Shown in pieces: positions 40,407 to 55,911 of a DNA stretch of 64,000 bases; positions within the stretch are counted from its first letter, which is position 1; every line of letters begins with the position of its first letter. This DNA comes from Eledone cirrhosa. Taxonomy: Eukaryota. The position numbers were made by a program, and so were the translations under genes. The stretch covers positions 400,210,001-400,274,000 of the forward strand of contig OZ024740.1 of NCBI GenBank assembly GCA_964016885.1, read 5' to 3'. The notes beneath the pieces are model-generated. The model was not told where the DNA came from, searched no databases, and saw only the letters and a program-made list of their open reading frames with translations.

Positions 40407-40590
40407 TGTTTTCTAAATTTAAGACAGTAGGGAGGGGTGTGATAGGGGGGAGAGTTAGCTGCTGTTTCTAGCAGGTTTAGTGACCTCATAGAGGATATGT
40501 GTTTTCTAAATTTAAGACAGTAGGGAGCGGTGTGATATGGGGGAGAGTTAGTTGCTGTTTCTAGCAGGTTTAGTCACCTCATAGGGGATA
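40407..40590. repeat. Two tandem ~90-bp copies of a dispersed repeat (TTAGCTGCTGTTTCTAGCAGG motif)
   Basis: Direct duplication; related motif at about 9305, 24445 and 49220. Confidence 0.6.
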
Positions 40591-40771
40591 TTATTGTGTA
40601 TAGTAATATAGTAAATAAACTGATACTTCTTTCTTCCACGTTCGTTGAGAGATGTTTTAAAAAAGATTTATCGCTATTTTTGTTGTTGTTGAATAAATTT
40701 ATCTGTTGCTTTTGAATAATTGTTGTTATTGAAGTAAATAAATGTTTGACCGTTCCACACTCAAAAACAAA

Positions 40772-40818
<47 letters not shown>

Positions 40819-41149
40819 ACACACTCTCCTCTCTCTCTCTCTCCTTCATTTCTTTCTCTCTTCTTTCTTCCGAGTTCCTAAAGGAAGTTTTTAAGGAGTG
40901 GTTTAAGCGTATATAAGAGAAAGTTGCAGCATGTATGTAGTTTTATCGAATTTTAAGGGGAGTAGAGAGAGGTTCTCAGATTGTATTAGAGGGGTAAAGC
41001 GTCATGTATATAGTTTTATCGATTATTTCTGTAATTGTGGGAGAGTTTAAAAAAATAAATAGTCGTTGAACTAAATTTGACCATTTGCAACATTCATATA
41101 GACTTTGAGTCGAATCGGTTTGAAATTTTGCAAATGTATAAACATGGAA

Positions 41150-41576
<427 letters not shown>

Positions 41577-41989
41577 AGATTTGAATGGATACAGTTTAGT
41601 TGAAAGGAATTTATTGACACGTGTTTCTATAACAGTTACATAACCTAAAACAGCTATCTACAAACTTTTAGTTATGCAGACATTCAATATTTCAATGTTA
41701 TTGTTTACTGTCATTTCATCAGAATAATATTACTGAGGACCTATTTAGTTTTTATAGAGAATATTAGGAGGAAGGGGTGAAGTTGTTAGAAGAATAGTTG
41801 AAGGAGTGGTTTTTCGATAGCAGTGAGAATTCTTGGTGGCAGTGATTAATTAGATTCCCATCTGTTGTTTTGACATTTTTTATATGCTGATAATCTACTG
41901 TGTGTAATATTTATATTACAACACAACGGAAAAAACTGTATATATATATATATATATATATAAATATATATGTCTGTGTGTAACTGTTT

Positions 41990-43290
41990 TAGGAATGCGC
42001 TGATGAATAAATTGGTGGATTACCGATGATTTCTTCTTGTGCACCCTTTAGGACATGCATGAATGCACCGTTGATACTCTATCTCTCTTACGGAATACAT
42101 TGGCAATGTTAATGAATCCAGCCGTTCGCCCTGCCATGAATGAAATTCACATAGGCTAGTTGAAAACTGTTTCTGGCTGTCTTCCGTTACAAAAGTTTCT
42201 TAAGCCGAATGTTACGCTCACCCACAGTCTCCTCCCATGGAACACACTGTTCCTGCTGGCCACAGTGCACCAAGGCCGCATAGTGACTTCTCATTTCTTT
42301 CTTAACCTGCTTGACAAATGCGAAACTGCTTTCTTTCTGGTTAATGGCGAAGTATGACCTGAATTCTGAAATGCTAAGGCCATTTTATTGGGTTTTGTAG
42401 GATCTAATATATCTCCACATCCTAGAGAGAATAAACATATTTCCTTGCCTAAGATCTCATCCACGAACTTCCGGTTTTGAGCACTCTTGGGGAGGGATGG
42501 ATGTTATCGTTAGAATGACGTAGTAGCAGTATAGTCCGCAGCTTAACACGTTTGTACAGTTCAACAATTGATGACATAGGTATCTATCTGACCACAATTC
42601 TTATAGAGAGCCATATATGTAAAGACTCGTGACAATCATAGCCACTTATTCAGTATCGGTAGAGGCTCGGACGCCATGCAGTGCAACAAAGAGTTACGGC
42701 TCTTTATGGTTTGAGTTCAAATCCCGCCGAGTTTAACTTTGCCTTTCATCCTTACGGGGTCGATAAAATAAAGTACCATATATTGGGATAATTGCTGGCC
42801 TTGTGCCAACAGTAGAAACAATTATTAATATATTCAATGTATGAACTAACATACACAACCATACACAAGGATGTTTCAATTTAAGACATTCAATAGTCTT
42901 CATGTGTTACACATTACATACTTATTGCAGTATTTAATAGTTTTCTGGGATAATTGCTGGCCTTGTACCAAAAGTAGAAACAATTATATTTGCCTTTCGC
43001 TTAATTGTCTCGAATAATGCCATCAGTGCCACTTGGTTCAACATCAGCGGCCACTAAAGTTTTGTGTACTGTGCAAACGGCATACACCAGAGCAAGAACC
43101 TGCCTCGAAGCAATGTTTTCTCTATCATTGAATATCTATTCTCGGTCATCTTCGGTATATTAGTTCGCTCACCACTATAATTAAGTGACCCATAATACAG
43201 TTTCCCCAGGTTCTTCACAGATTTTTCTGCTATTATTGGTATGATCTATGCTGCAATCACGTATTTCACTTTCTTTTGCTTTCCTCATCC
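41990..43290 (-). pseudogene. Ancient Hero-like non-LTR retrotransposon fragment, interrupted by SINEs
   Basis: Manual minus-strand translation: SVKNLGKLYYGSL...IEKTLLRGRFLLW...L*WPLML and GQQEQCVPWEE..ERNIRLKKLL, resembling Hero PVKSLGK/LPGKFKAW/LLWPL and QQG.W.RWE motifs. Confidence 0.5.
42650..42988 (+). mobile_element. SINE copy (42650-42826) and tail fragment (42944-42988)
   Basis: B box GAGTTCAAATCC, core and tail motifs. Confidence 0.8.
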
Positions 43291-43748
43291 CAAAGTAACA
43301 TTAATCGATTTCTCTACCTTTCTTTCTTTCTCATCATGCCCACTCCACACAAATATGCTCACCCACAAACATATATATATGTATTTATAAATAGTGAATG
43401 TGCGTGGTTTAGTGGTTAAATTGTACCGCTCACATTCTAAAGATGGGGTGATGCAGCCTTCTCCGATGCTGCTCCAATTCAGACATCTTGAAAACAATGA
43501 ATTACACCTGTAGTTCTAAGGGCCAGCGTTGTTACATTATTTGTCATACGGTATCTCACAGAGAACTACGCACATTAAGAGTAAACATGCCAGTTTATTG
43601 CTAGCACGTTCATGTCACAAGATGGCTGGCAATCTCCTCATCCGAAGCAACAGAGATTCAACAACAACATATATGTATATATATATATATATGCAAACAC
43701 ACACACGCACATATATATATATATATTTATATGTATACACGCACACAG

Positions 43749-43788
<40 letters not shown>

Positions 43789-43896
43789 GCATAAAATGCT
43801 GTGACGAAGTCATCGGATAGGACGAAATATCATCCATCGTTTACTCCTTCTCTCTTTCTCTCGCCCTCACTCTCTCTCGCATGACGCTCACCCCCC

Positions 43897-43945
<49 letters not shown>

Positions 43946-44190
43946 AAGAGAGCGAGAGAGAGAGAGAGAAAGAGAGAGATAGAGAGAGATATGCTGTACA
44001 AGGTCTGTCATAAATAAACCAGCATTAACATTATGTTAATGTTTAAATTGTATCTCACTTCTGGGACACCCGGTTTAAGATGACTTTTAAATCATGTAAG
44101 CAGACATAAATGTTTACTAACTATAGACATGCACGCACGAACATATACGCTCATACATACGCACACATATCTATCTAAATATACGTATGC

Positions 44191-44243
<53 letters not shown>

Positions 44244-45038
44244 CGTGTTCATTATATCTAGATATATATGTTTACGTATACAAACATATGTGCACACACA
44301 CACATATATATATATATGTTTGTGTGTGTGTGTTTGTGTGTGTGAGTGCGTCTATGTGTACAAGCAAACAAAACGCAGAACATACAACACACACGTAGAG
44401 AGATGTGAAGTTAGGAAGTTAGTAAATTTCTGGTAAACGATATGTGTCAAAGAAACGCTACCGAACACTAATCGCTTGATCCATCCCATTACCTCTTTGG
44501 ATCTTCACCTTAGCAGACACCTCATTAGGCGGTGGAGCCGACTTAGATAAATACAGCAATTTCACTTCTATTAAACAAGCTTTCATCTTAATACTTTTCT
44601 TCTTTTAAATAGAGCCCGAGGCGGGGAAACTCTGTCAATTCTTTTGACACAAAATGCTCACCACAAAGACTGGGGTTGGTGCAGGTGAGGGGGAATTGAA
44701 TGAAGGAGAAAGTGTGTGTGTATGTCTGAATGTGTATGTGGGAGTGTGTATATGTGTGTGTGTGTGTATGTGTATGTGTGTATGTGTGAGTGTGGATGTG
44801 TGGGGGCGCGTGTATGCGTGTGTAAGTTGGATGGGAGTGGGTTGGGTCAACAAAGCGGAGGAGAGAACGAAAAAACAGAGACGATGGTGGCGAAGAAAGT
44901 ATTGGTGGCAGCGGCAGTGGTGAATAGTGAGATTGGTAGTGGATAAAGATGCAGATGCAAATGGATGGAGTATTTCTATCTCTGAAATGTCTTATCATAT
45001 CTTCAGGTGTATATACATATACATATATATATGTACAT

Positions 45039-45080
<42 letters not shown>

Positions 45081-45236
45081 GCCTATCCACATCCGCATAT
45101 ACACATATTTATACTCACGTAAATATGTATACGTGTATATATACATATACATATATTCATATACGTGTATATACATATATATATATATATTACTGTCATA
45201 CATACACCAACTCAGATATATACAAACACACACACA

Positions 45237-45287
<51 letters not shown>

Positions 45288-45597
45288 GTTGATATATGTG
45301 TGTGTGTTTGTATATATCTGAGTTGGTGTATGTATGTGAGTAATATGTTTGCGCCTGAGTGGTGTATATATATATATGTCTATGTGTATATATAAAGACA
45401 GAGGAAGAGAAAAGGTTATATAGATTTGCTGATATATACATCTGTCGACAGTAGCTGGTAAAGGAGAACTAGCAGGAGGAGGGGGGGGGTATAGATGGGC
45501 GAGTGAATACAATAGGTGTGATGTTGATAGTGAAGAAGGCGAATGGGTGGGTAGCATGTTTCGTAAGTAACCGTAGAAGTTGTAGCAGTGATAGCAC

Positions 45598-47180
<1,583 letters not shown>

Positions 47181-47595
47181 ATGAAATGAGGGATGCAATA
47201 ATAGTGAGGTATATATAGCATAACATGGTGTATTTGATGGTGGTGGTGTTGGTGGTGGTTGGATAATGCGCAGTTGGGGTGCAGCTTCCACGTTTTTCCT
47301 CCTCTGTTCGTAATTAGCGGCGGTAATTTACAATAAGTCGACGTGTGATAGGTAAACAAGATGGATGACAGATAGACTCGCTTCTCTTTCAACTGTTCAT
47401 TTGGCCGCCCCTTCTCTCACCCAGCCTCCTTAAAGTCGGCACCTCCAGTAAATGAATAAGGGACTATCGCCAACAACCTAACCAGTCAGCACACAGCCAG
47501 GCAAAATAGCAAATCCACCCTTAATCGAGGAAGGAACATATCTCATCGGCCATTACACCACCCGCCAGGATATTTTTCTTTTGTTCATTTAACAT

Positions 47596-47680
47596 TCTTC
47601 TTCTTCTTCTTCTTCTTCTTCTTCTTCTTCTTCTTCTTCTTCTTCTTCTTCTTCTTCTTCTTCTTCTTCTTCTTCTTCTT

Positions 47681-47711
<31 letters not shown>

Positions 47712-47830
47712 TTATTATTATTATTATTATTATTATTCTTCGTTGTCGTCGTCGTCGTCGTCGTCGTCTTCTTCTTTCTCACCGACGCCGCCACAACCAC
47801 CGCCGCCGCCGCCTCCACCACCACCAACAT
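47596..47830. repeat. Compound (CTT)n-(ATT)n-(GTC)n-(CCG/CCA)n microsatellite
   Basis: Direct reading. Confidence 0.9.
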
Positions 47831-48908
47831 CACTACCGTCGCCGCCACCACCAACCCTATCACCAGTAACATCTTCACTAGCACCAGCATCAACATTTAC
47901 TATCACTGTCACGACGACAATAAAGACGTCCCCAGCCTACCGCCGTGTTCACCCCCAAGACCACCACTAGCACCATCTTCGCCAGTTTGTCACTGCTAAT
48001 TCAGTCCACCCATCCACACCACCAACCTCTATATTTAACACACACTCTTCTCTCCTTCGGTCTGCTAATATGGCTGCCGCTGATAAGGAAGTCAGGATTT
48101 CTCGCTTACTGCTCTCTTTGAAACGGTGACAGGTTCACAGCTTTCCACCTTGTTGTGCCTTTTGTTCTTAACTGTCTCAAATTTATGTCGATTCTCCGGT
48201 TGATATTGTTGTGTTTGATTTTTTCTCTTTGTTTAAATTTCATCATCATCCTCATGATAAAACTATAACCAGCACTTCTCCCTCCCCTCTCGTTTCTCTG
48301 TAGCTACTTCTTATTCTTATTTCCTAATCTTATATCTTATTCTTCGTTCTTATCAACAACATCAAAGAACATCAAATACAGCCAACCGTCATCAGACTCT
48401 CACACACATACACCATCTCGCTCTCACACACACATCCACACGTACTCATACAAGCAAAGACAAAACTACACGGATTTAAATTCAAACCCTTTACAATGTT
48501 TGTTCACAAGACACAGAGAAGACATTGGTAAAGAAATTCAAAATGACACTCAAAAATCATAAGAGCACTCAGAGGTATCACATTAGTTCAACTGAAAGAA
48601 ACAACAACAGTCGTGTACAAACAATATATTAAAACAATTGCATATTATGCTAGCCATGTTTTGAACTCCCTAAATATCCGCAACAAATCCCACCATAATA
48701 TAAAAAACACAAAATATCATTTTTGTGTAATGAAGGGGTGTGTACTGACTAGACACAAACAAAACACTAATACAATGAAAGCAGAATATTCAAAATGAAA
48801 TCACACATGGACCTGCAAAAGACAGCTTACTGTATCTAAGATGACTATTCCCTTCTGTTATTATCACAGCTTGTACCCATGAGAACAATATTACAACACT
48901 ATCTAGAG

Positions 48909-49182
48909 CAGGCACGGCAAGCTTTTTCGAGAAGCGGGCCGCATGAGATATGGTTCATCACCAGGCGCGCCGCAGGTGCTAATTTACATTCGTGCCCACA
49001 TAAAAAAGGGTGATAACTCAGGTTGTTTTGATTTGTTTCTTCAGAATTCGTACTCGATTGTAAAAAAGATAGAAAGATAAATTACGACTGAAAAGTTGAG
49101 GTAAAATATCAGAACGATTCCACTTAGGTGACTTAAGCGGGCCATTCAGAAAGCTTCGCGGGCCGCAGGTTTCCCATGACTG
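48909..49182. mobile_element. hAT (Charlie-type) MITE
   Basis: Ends CAGGCACGG / CCATGACTG, subterminal GCGGGCCGCA motifs, 8-bp TSD ATCTAGAG / ATCTAAAG matching the NTCTAGAN preference. Confidence 0.75.
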
Positions 49183-49660
49183 ATCTAAAGCCAACGAAAG
49201 ACCATCTAAGCGGTCACTTGATCTGCTAGAAAGACAACCCAAACATGCCTCAAATTACATCTTCCTAACTTAAAATTGAAATAGGCATAAAAAAAATCTT
49301 GAACTCTTCATAAGATCACTAAGATATTTATATTACCATTAACATTAAATTTAGAAACTTCATATCCACTCCCAACACCAGCCTTTTAACCAGCTAAATA
49401 TATCAGCCAGAATCTTCCTAAAACCACAATTTAACGTTTTAAACAAAGAAAAGTATCAAAGGATACTGTAGTTCAAAAGTCACGAAAAATACAATAGTTA
49501 CGTTGGCTAAGTATCAACATCCTACGAGAAAGTTCTATGAAGTTTCTATGAAGATAACGTTGGCAGTTAAGAAATTATTGAAAAAAGGTGATACTTTTTC
49601 TTAAATTATTCTATTTTTAAACTCAAAAACACATTTTTCATTATATGTAAGGATGATATA

Positions 49661-50125
49661 TTCTGAGTTCAAATCCCGCCGAGGTTAACTTTGCCTTTCA
49701 TCCTTACGGGGTCGATAAATAATGTACCAGTCACGCACTGAGATCTATTTAATCGACTTTCACTTCGCCCAAAATTGCTGGCCTTGTGCCTATATAATTG
49801 CTGGCCTTGTGCTTATATACTTGCTGGCCTTGTGCCTATGTAAGGATGATCAAGGATGGAATAACTGTTCATTATATGTAAGGATGATCAGGGCACCATC
49901 GTTCTAACCTCCTCCTCCTTATTGTTATTATCAAGGGCAGTGAATTGGCAGTATCAGTAGAGAGTCGGATGCCATGCTTTCCAGCATAGTTAAGTCCCTT
50001 TACGGTCTGCGTTCAAATCCTGTCGAGGTTAACTTTGCCTTTCATCCTTACCGGGTCGATAAAATAAAGTACCAGTCATATACTGGGTTATTGCTGGCCT
50101 TGTGCCAAAAGTAGAAACAATTATT
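49661..50125 (+). mobile_element. Two SINE copies; the first has a triplicated tail motif TTGCTGGCCTTGTGC
   Basis: Family motifs at 49661-49840 and 49935-50125. Confidence 0.8.
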
Positions 50126-50289
50126 AACAATAACATCATCATCATCACCGCATGACCATCAATATAACAATTATCATTCTTGTTTTAGCTATCGTTGTAT
50201 CCATCTTGTGAGGCCCGAATACTAGTTCTCACTACCTTGAACATCTTCATCGTAATCATGTTCATCATCATGACCAGTGACAATCAATC

Positions 50290-50389
50290 CGCCTCCACCA
50301 CCTCCTCCTCCTCCTCCTCCTCACACCAAACTCCTCCTTCTCCTCCTCACACCCGACTCCTCCTCCCCCTCCCACCCCCTCCTCCTCCT

Positions 50390-50438
<49 letters not shown>

Positions 50439-50685
50439 CACCACCACCACCACCACCACCACCACCACCACCACCACCACCACCACCACTACTACTACTA
50501 ATACTACTACCACTACTACTACTATCACCACCACCACAACCACCACCTCCACCACCTCCACGACCACCACGACCACCACCACTACCACCACCATCACCAC
50601 CTCTACTACTACTACCACCACCACCACCACCACTACTACTACCACCAGGACGACGACGACGACCACCACCACCACCACCACCACC

Positions 50686-50756
<71 letters not shown>

Positions 50757-50785
50757 CGCCACTACTACTACTACTACTACTACTC
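50290..50785. repeat. (CCT/ACT/ACC)n trinucleotide tract
   Basis: Direct reading. Confidence 0.95.
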
Positions 50786-50982
50786 AATGACATCTTCCTT
50801 AAAATCTGATCCTCCCACTAACTTTCTTCGCCTTCGCTCTTTAACTTCTCCGCCACCTTATATTTCTTCACCTTTCCCGTTAGCCATTATAGTCTAACAT
50901 AAACTGGCCATATGTTCTCTCATCTTACGACAGGCGAACATATTGTTCTGTGAATGTGTTAATTGTTGTGGTTCTTACTGGT

Positions 50983-51095
50983 CCTTTAGAGTCCCTTTCA
51001 ATGTGCTACAGTCATCCAACACTATATGCTTTTTAACCTTGTGCACGTGTGTATAGCATATACATACATGTATTATATATGTATGTATGTATATA

Positions 51096-51165
<70 letters not shown>

Positions 51166-51278
51166 TATATACATACATACATATATAATACATGTATGTA
51201 TATGCTATACACACGTGCACAAGGTTAAAAAGCATATAGTGTTGGATGACTGTAGCACATTGAAAGGGACTCTAAAGG
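50983..51278. repeat. Near-perfect palindrome centred on a (TA)n tract
   Basis: CCTTTAGAGTCCCTTTCAATGTGC... is mirrored by ...GCACATTGAAAGGGACTCTAAAGG; the same peptide is predicted on both strands. Confidence 0.9.
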
Positions 51279-51336
51279 GACTCTATATATATATATACAT
51301 ATATACATGTATATATATGTATATATGTATATATAT

Positions 51337-51457
<121 letters not shown>

Positions 51458-51513
51458 TACATGTATATATATGTATATATGTATATATATGTACACACAC
51501 ACGCACACACACG

Positions 51514-51567
<54 letters not shown>

Positions 51568-51665
51568 TTCATATAAGTAGAAGGGATATTTAATTTGTTG
51601 GAAATGCAACAAATAAATATAAATGCTTATAATTGATTCAAAGCACTCGACAGCTTTCTGGAGTA

Positions 51666-51829
51666 AATATTCAATGATATTAAATAAATGGAAACTATAT
51701 TTATAACACGATATTTATTCAATTATATATATTTCAAGGGTACCAACATTTTGGTACCCTTGAAATATATATAATTGAATAAATATGGTTTTATAAATAT
51801 AATTTCCATTTATTTAATATCATTAAATA

Positions 51830-51831
<2 letters not shown>
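51666..51831. repeat. Palindrome with ~81-bp arms and 4-nt loop
   Basis: ...TTTCAAGGGTACCAA catt TTGGTACCCTTGAAA...; few mismatches. Confidence 0.88.
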
Positions 51832-51877
<46 letters not shown>

Positions 51878-51905
51878 ATCAAAAGATGGTTAAAAGAGTT
51901 CCATG

Positions 51906-51976
51906 TATTTTATTATGCGCATTTCAAAAACAAATATCATCATGCAATAATATTTGTGTTTTCATCAGATAAAATA
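51906..51976 (-). ncRNA. Type I hammerhead ribozyme (inverted pLTR copy)
   Basis: Reverse complement of 54961-55031. Confidence 0.82.
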
Positions 51977-52993
51977 GGAAGACATGATATGAAGGTTAAA
52001 AAACACTTGTGAATAGTGCAGTTTTAAATCAACATATGAAAAGTAGTTTTAGATTGATGTGTGATATTGGGAAAAATTTTTTTTGAGGTGGGGAGGTTGG
52101 AAAGGATGAAAAAGAGGAGGACATGAGAGTAAAAAGTGGAGGGGGAGGAGTATAATGAGGAAGGATGAGATAGGAGGAGAGATGGGTGATAGAGAGAGAG
52201 AGATAGCTTTTATAACTGAGAAAATTATATTGTTTTACATAGAGAGGTTGAAAAACCGTTGGAAGATAATGTATAAATTAAAAGAATTTAAAAATTAACG
52301 AAGAGAAAAATAATGTAAAGTTAAGGTTTGTATATTGAAGGGTTTAATAATATGTGCGATGAAAAGAAAATGTTAATATGTATTAAGAATAATATTTAAG
52401 GGTTTAATAATATGTGCGATGGAAAAAAAATGTTAATATGTATTAAGAATAATATTTAAGGGTTTAATAATATGTGCGATGGAAAGAAAATGTTGATATG
52501 TATTATTAAAAAAACAAAAGTAATGTAAGTAAGGATATATTGTGAGATGAGCATGAATAAGTTAGATGAAAGGGAGAAAAAAATAATGAATTGAGGATGA
52601 ATAATCTAACGTCAAAAAAATGTGTTTATGTTTACGAAGGATTTTTTCAAGGTGATATAAGGTAAGAATATATTGTATTGTGTAATAATTGTTTCTATGT
52701 TAGGCACAGTGAGAAAAGGTACAGATTAGGGGTTAGAAATTAAAAGAAAAAGAAAAGAAAAGGAAAAGGAAGAAAGGGAAGTGATAAATAGGAGTGATAT
52801 AGAATGAGTAACAAGTATTATATAATGTATAATAAATAACTTTGAAATAAGGTAGAAAGATGGGTATATTTTAAAGAAGTATATATATATATATGTGCCT
52901 TTGAGAAAAGGATTCTAAATTGATATTAGCTGTATACTTTATGGAATGTTCTGTGGAATTTATGCAAGCAGAGAGAAAACAAGTCAGTGCGTC

Positions 52994-53998
52994 TATAATA
53001 ACGCGCTTTCTAAAGCCGGCTATCCTGATAAAATCAAATATAGTAAAGAAACAAATTCTAGAAGATCTTACAGTAGAATAATTAATCATGATCATTCCAA
53101 TAACTTTAATAAAAGACCTAGATACAAAAACATAATCTGGTATAATGCTCCTTTCTCCATCTCTATTAATAATAATATTCCTAAATTATTCTTTAGTGCC
53201 TTAAATAAATGCTTCCCTCCCTCACATATCTATAGTAAAATATTTAACAAACACACTATAAAATTTTCCTATTCGACATCCTCCAACATTTCCAACCTTA
53301 TTTCTAAACACAACAATAAAATACTAAATACTAAATCTCTTCCTTCCAACACTGAATATCATAATAATAGTAATAGTACTCCCGACGTCATTGTAAACTC
53401 TAGGCTAATTTCTGCAAACCCAAATACAACGTCAAACACAACTTCGCTAAATGTTCTTAATCCCATTCTAAATCAAGAAACTATTATTCCTATCGCAAAT
53501 AACTTCTCCAATCCAATTCCTTCTATAGATAACACTAGGTCACTCGTTAATAATCTCTCTAATCGCAATTGCAATTACCCTGTTAAAAATAAATGTCCTC
53601 TCAACAACCATTGTCTTGATAAAAACTTAATCTACGAATATAAAGTTATAACTGACACCAATTCCTTCACCTATTTTGGCTCCACTTCCACCTCCTTTAA
53701 AGCTCGTCTTTATAATCATCATTCGTCTTTTAAATACCAACTTAAAAGAACCAACACGGCTCTCTCAGAACTCATATGGTCCTTGTAAGACAAAAATATT
53801 AAATATAACATCTCTTGGAAAAAAGTTTCTTCTGCTTCTTTATACTTGAACAGTTCTCTATCCAAGACTTGCAATCTCTGTCTAAATGAAAAATTTACCA
53901 TTATATCTAATTTAGATTCTATGATAAATAGACGCACTGACTTGTTTTCTCTCTGCTTGCATAAATTCCACAGAACATTCCATAAAGTATACAGCTAA
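52994..53998 (+). pseudogene. Penelope-like C-terminal region with GIY-YIG endonuclease; one premature TAA (53786-53788)
   Basis: IIWYNAPFS, KIFNKHTIKFSYS, CN..CPLNNHCL, LIYEYKV..YFGSTSTSFKARLYNH, LSELIW, CNLCLNEK, INRRTDL..CLH; read-through frame ends at 53998. Confidence 0.85.
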
Positions 53999-54960
53999 TA
54001 TCCTATACTTTATCAATTTAGATTCCTTTTCTCAAAGGCACATATATATATATATACTTTTTTAAAATATACCCATCTTTCTACCTTATTTCAAAGTTAT
54101 ATTTATTATACATTCTATAATACTTGTTACTCATTCTATATCACTCCTATTTATCACTTCCCTTTCTTCCTTTTCCTTTTCTTTTCTTTTTCTTTTAATT
54201 TCTAACCCCTAATCTGTACCTTTTCTCACTGTGCCTAACATAGAAACAATTATTACACAATACAATATATTCTTACCTTATATCACCTTGAAAAAATCCT
54301 TCGTAAACATAAACACATTTTTTTGACGTTAGATTATTCATCCTCAATTCATTATTTTTTTCTCCCTTTCATCTAACTTATTCATGCTCATCTCACAATA
54401 TATCCTTACTTACATTACTTTTGTTTTTTTAATAATACATATCAACATTTTCTTTCCATCGCACATATTATTGAACCCTTAAATATTATTCTTAATACAT
54501 ATTAACATTTTTTTTCCATCGCACATATTATTAAACCCTTAAATATTATTCTTAATACATATTAACATTTTCTTTTCATCGCACATATTATTAAACCCTT
54601 CAATATACAAACCTTAACTTTACATTATTTTTCTCTTCGTTAATTTTCAAATTCTTTTAATTTATACATTATCTTCCAACGGTTTTTCAACCTCTCTATG
54701 TAAAACAATATATTTTTCTCAGTTATAAAAGCTATCTCTCTCTCTCTATCACCATCTCTCCTCCTATCTCATCCTTCCTCATTATACTCCTCCCCCTCCA
54801 CTTTTTACTCTCATGTCCTCCTCTTTTTCATCCTTTCAAACCTCCTCACTTCAAAAAAAGTTTTTCCCAATATCACACATCAATCTAAAACTACTTTTCA
54901 TATGTTGATTTAAAACTGCACTATTCACAAGTGTTTTTTAACCTTCATATCATGTCTTCC

Positions 54961-55031
54961 TATTTTATCTGATGAAAACACAAATATTATTGCATGATGA
55001 TATTTGTTTTTGAAATGCGCATAATAAAATA
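54961..55031 (+). ncRNA. Type I hammerhead ribozyme in Penelope pLTR
   Basis: Stem I UAUUUUAU/AUAAAAUA, CUGAUGA, ~15-bp stem II, GAAA, palindromic stem III AUGCGCAU, AUA triplet (cut after 55023). Confidence 0.85.
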
Positions 55032-55145
55032 CATGGAACTCTTTTAACCATCTTTTAATCTTATATATTATGTCGTAGACTGTAGACTGCTTCTTATCCG
55101 ATATCTGCATTGCTTTATTGTACTACAATAAAACTCACCTCCTAC

Positions 55146-55180
<35 letters not shown>

Positions 55181-55182
<2 letters not shown>

Positions 55183-55522
55183 GGGCTGTTTGTTTGTTTA
55201 CAAACAAACAAACCGAGCATTATAATAAATGTTCGGTAAACCGATACGTGCATATATATATATGTGTGCATGTATATATATACATACTACAGTACGTCTG
55301 TATACATATATGAATGTACGTATACATACATACTTACATTTAAGTAACTGCCGTACCAAGAGTGAGAAATGAAATTTCGTTTCATTTTTTCCGTTTAACT
55401 CACTCAATATGCAAATTAGGCTGACGTCTGTATGCATATATGTATGTACGTATACATACTTATATTTAAGTAACAACTGTACTAAGAGTGAGAAATGAAA
55501 TTTCGTTTCATTTTTTCCGTTT
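55181..55522 (+). repeat. Rearranged fragments of the retrozyme-like family lacking the ribozyme
   Basis: TCGGGCTGTTTGTTTG.., GAGTGAGAAATGAAATTTCGTTTCATT occurs twice. Confidence 0.75.
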
Positions 55523-55876
55523 ACATATATATTTATATATATATAAATATACACCCCACTCTCAAGCATGAAACTAAAAACCATATCATTTGTACTGCCT
55601 CTCTGTTTTTTGTTCTCTGTTCATTTATTCAAATTTATATATATATATATTCCTTAGAACCTAACTAATAATTGTTCGTGGAAACCACCGCATATGCGCG
55701 AAATCGTAAATATCTTCCGCGATATTTTTTATGGACCACGTCCAATATTCGCGGTTATTCACTCTTCGCAGGTGCTCTTGGAACGTAAGCCCCACGAATA
55801 CATATATATATATAAACACACATATGCATACATTCATGCATACATACATACATACATACATACATACATACATACA

Positions 55877-55911
<35 letters not shown>

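Larger units (their letters stand above)
51875..55150 (+). mobile_element. 5'-truncated Penelope-like element (Naiad-type) with an inverted ~1.1-kb pseudo-LTR (arms 51875-52996 and 53928-55062), inserted in (TA)n
   Basis: Long inverted repeat around a GIY-YIG coding spacer; hammerhead in each arm; internal 60-bp repeat three times; ~85-nt 3' extension. Confidence 0.88.

Noticed and set aside
43795-43840. GTGACGAAGTC..GACGAAATATC hammerhead-like motif
   Set aside because: C3 is missing and stem I does not pair; too degenerate to call
53786-53788. In-frame stop as possible selenocysteine recoding in a Naiad-type element
   Set aside because: The codon is TAA, not TGA, and sits at a non-Cys position; no SECIS evident
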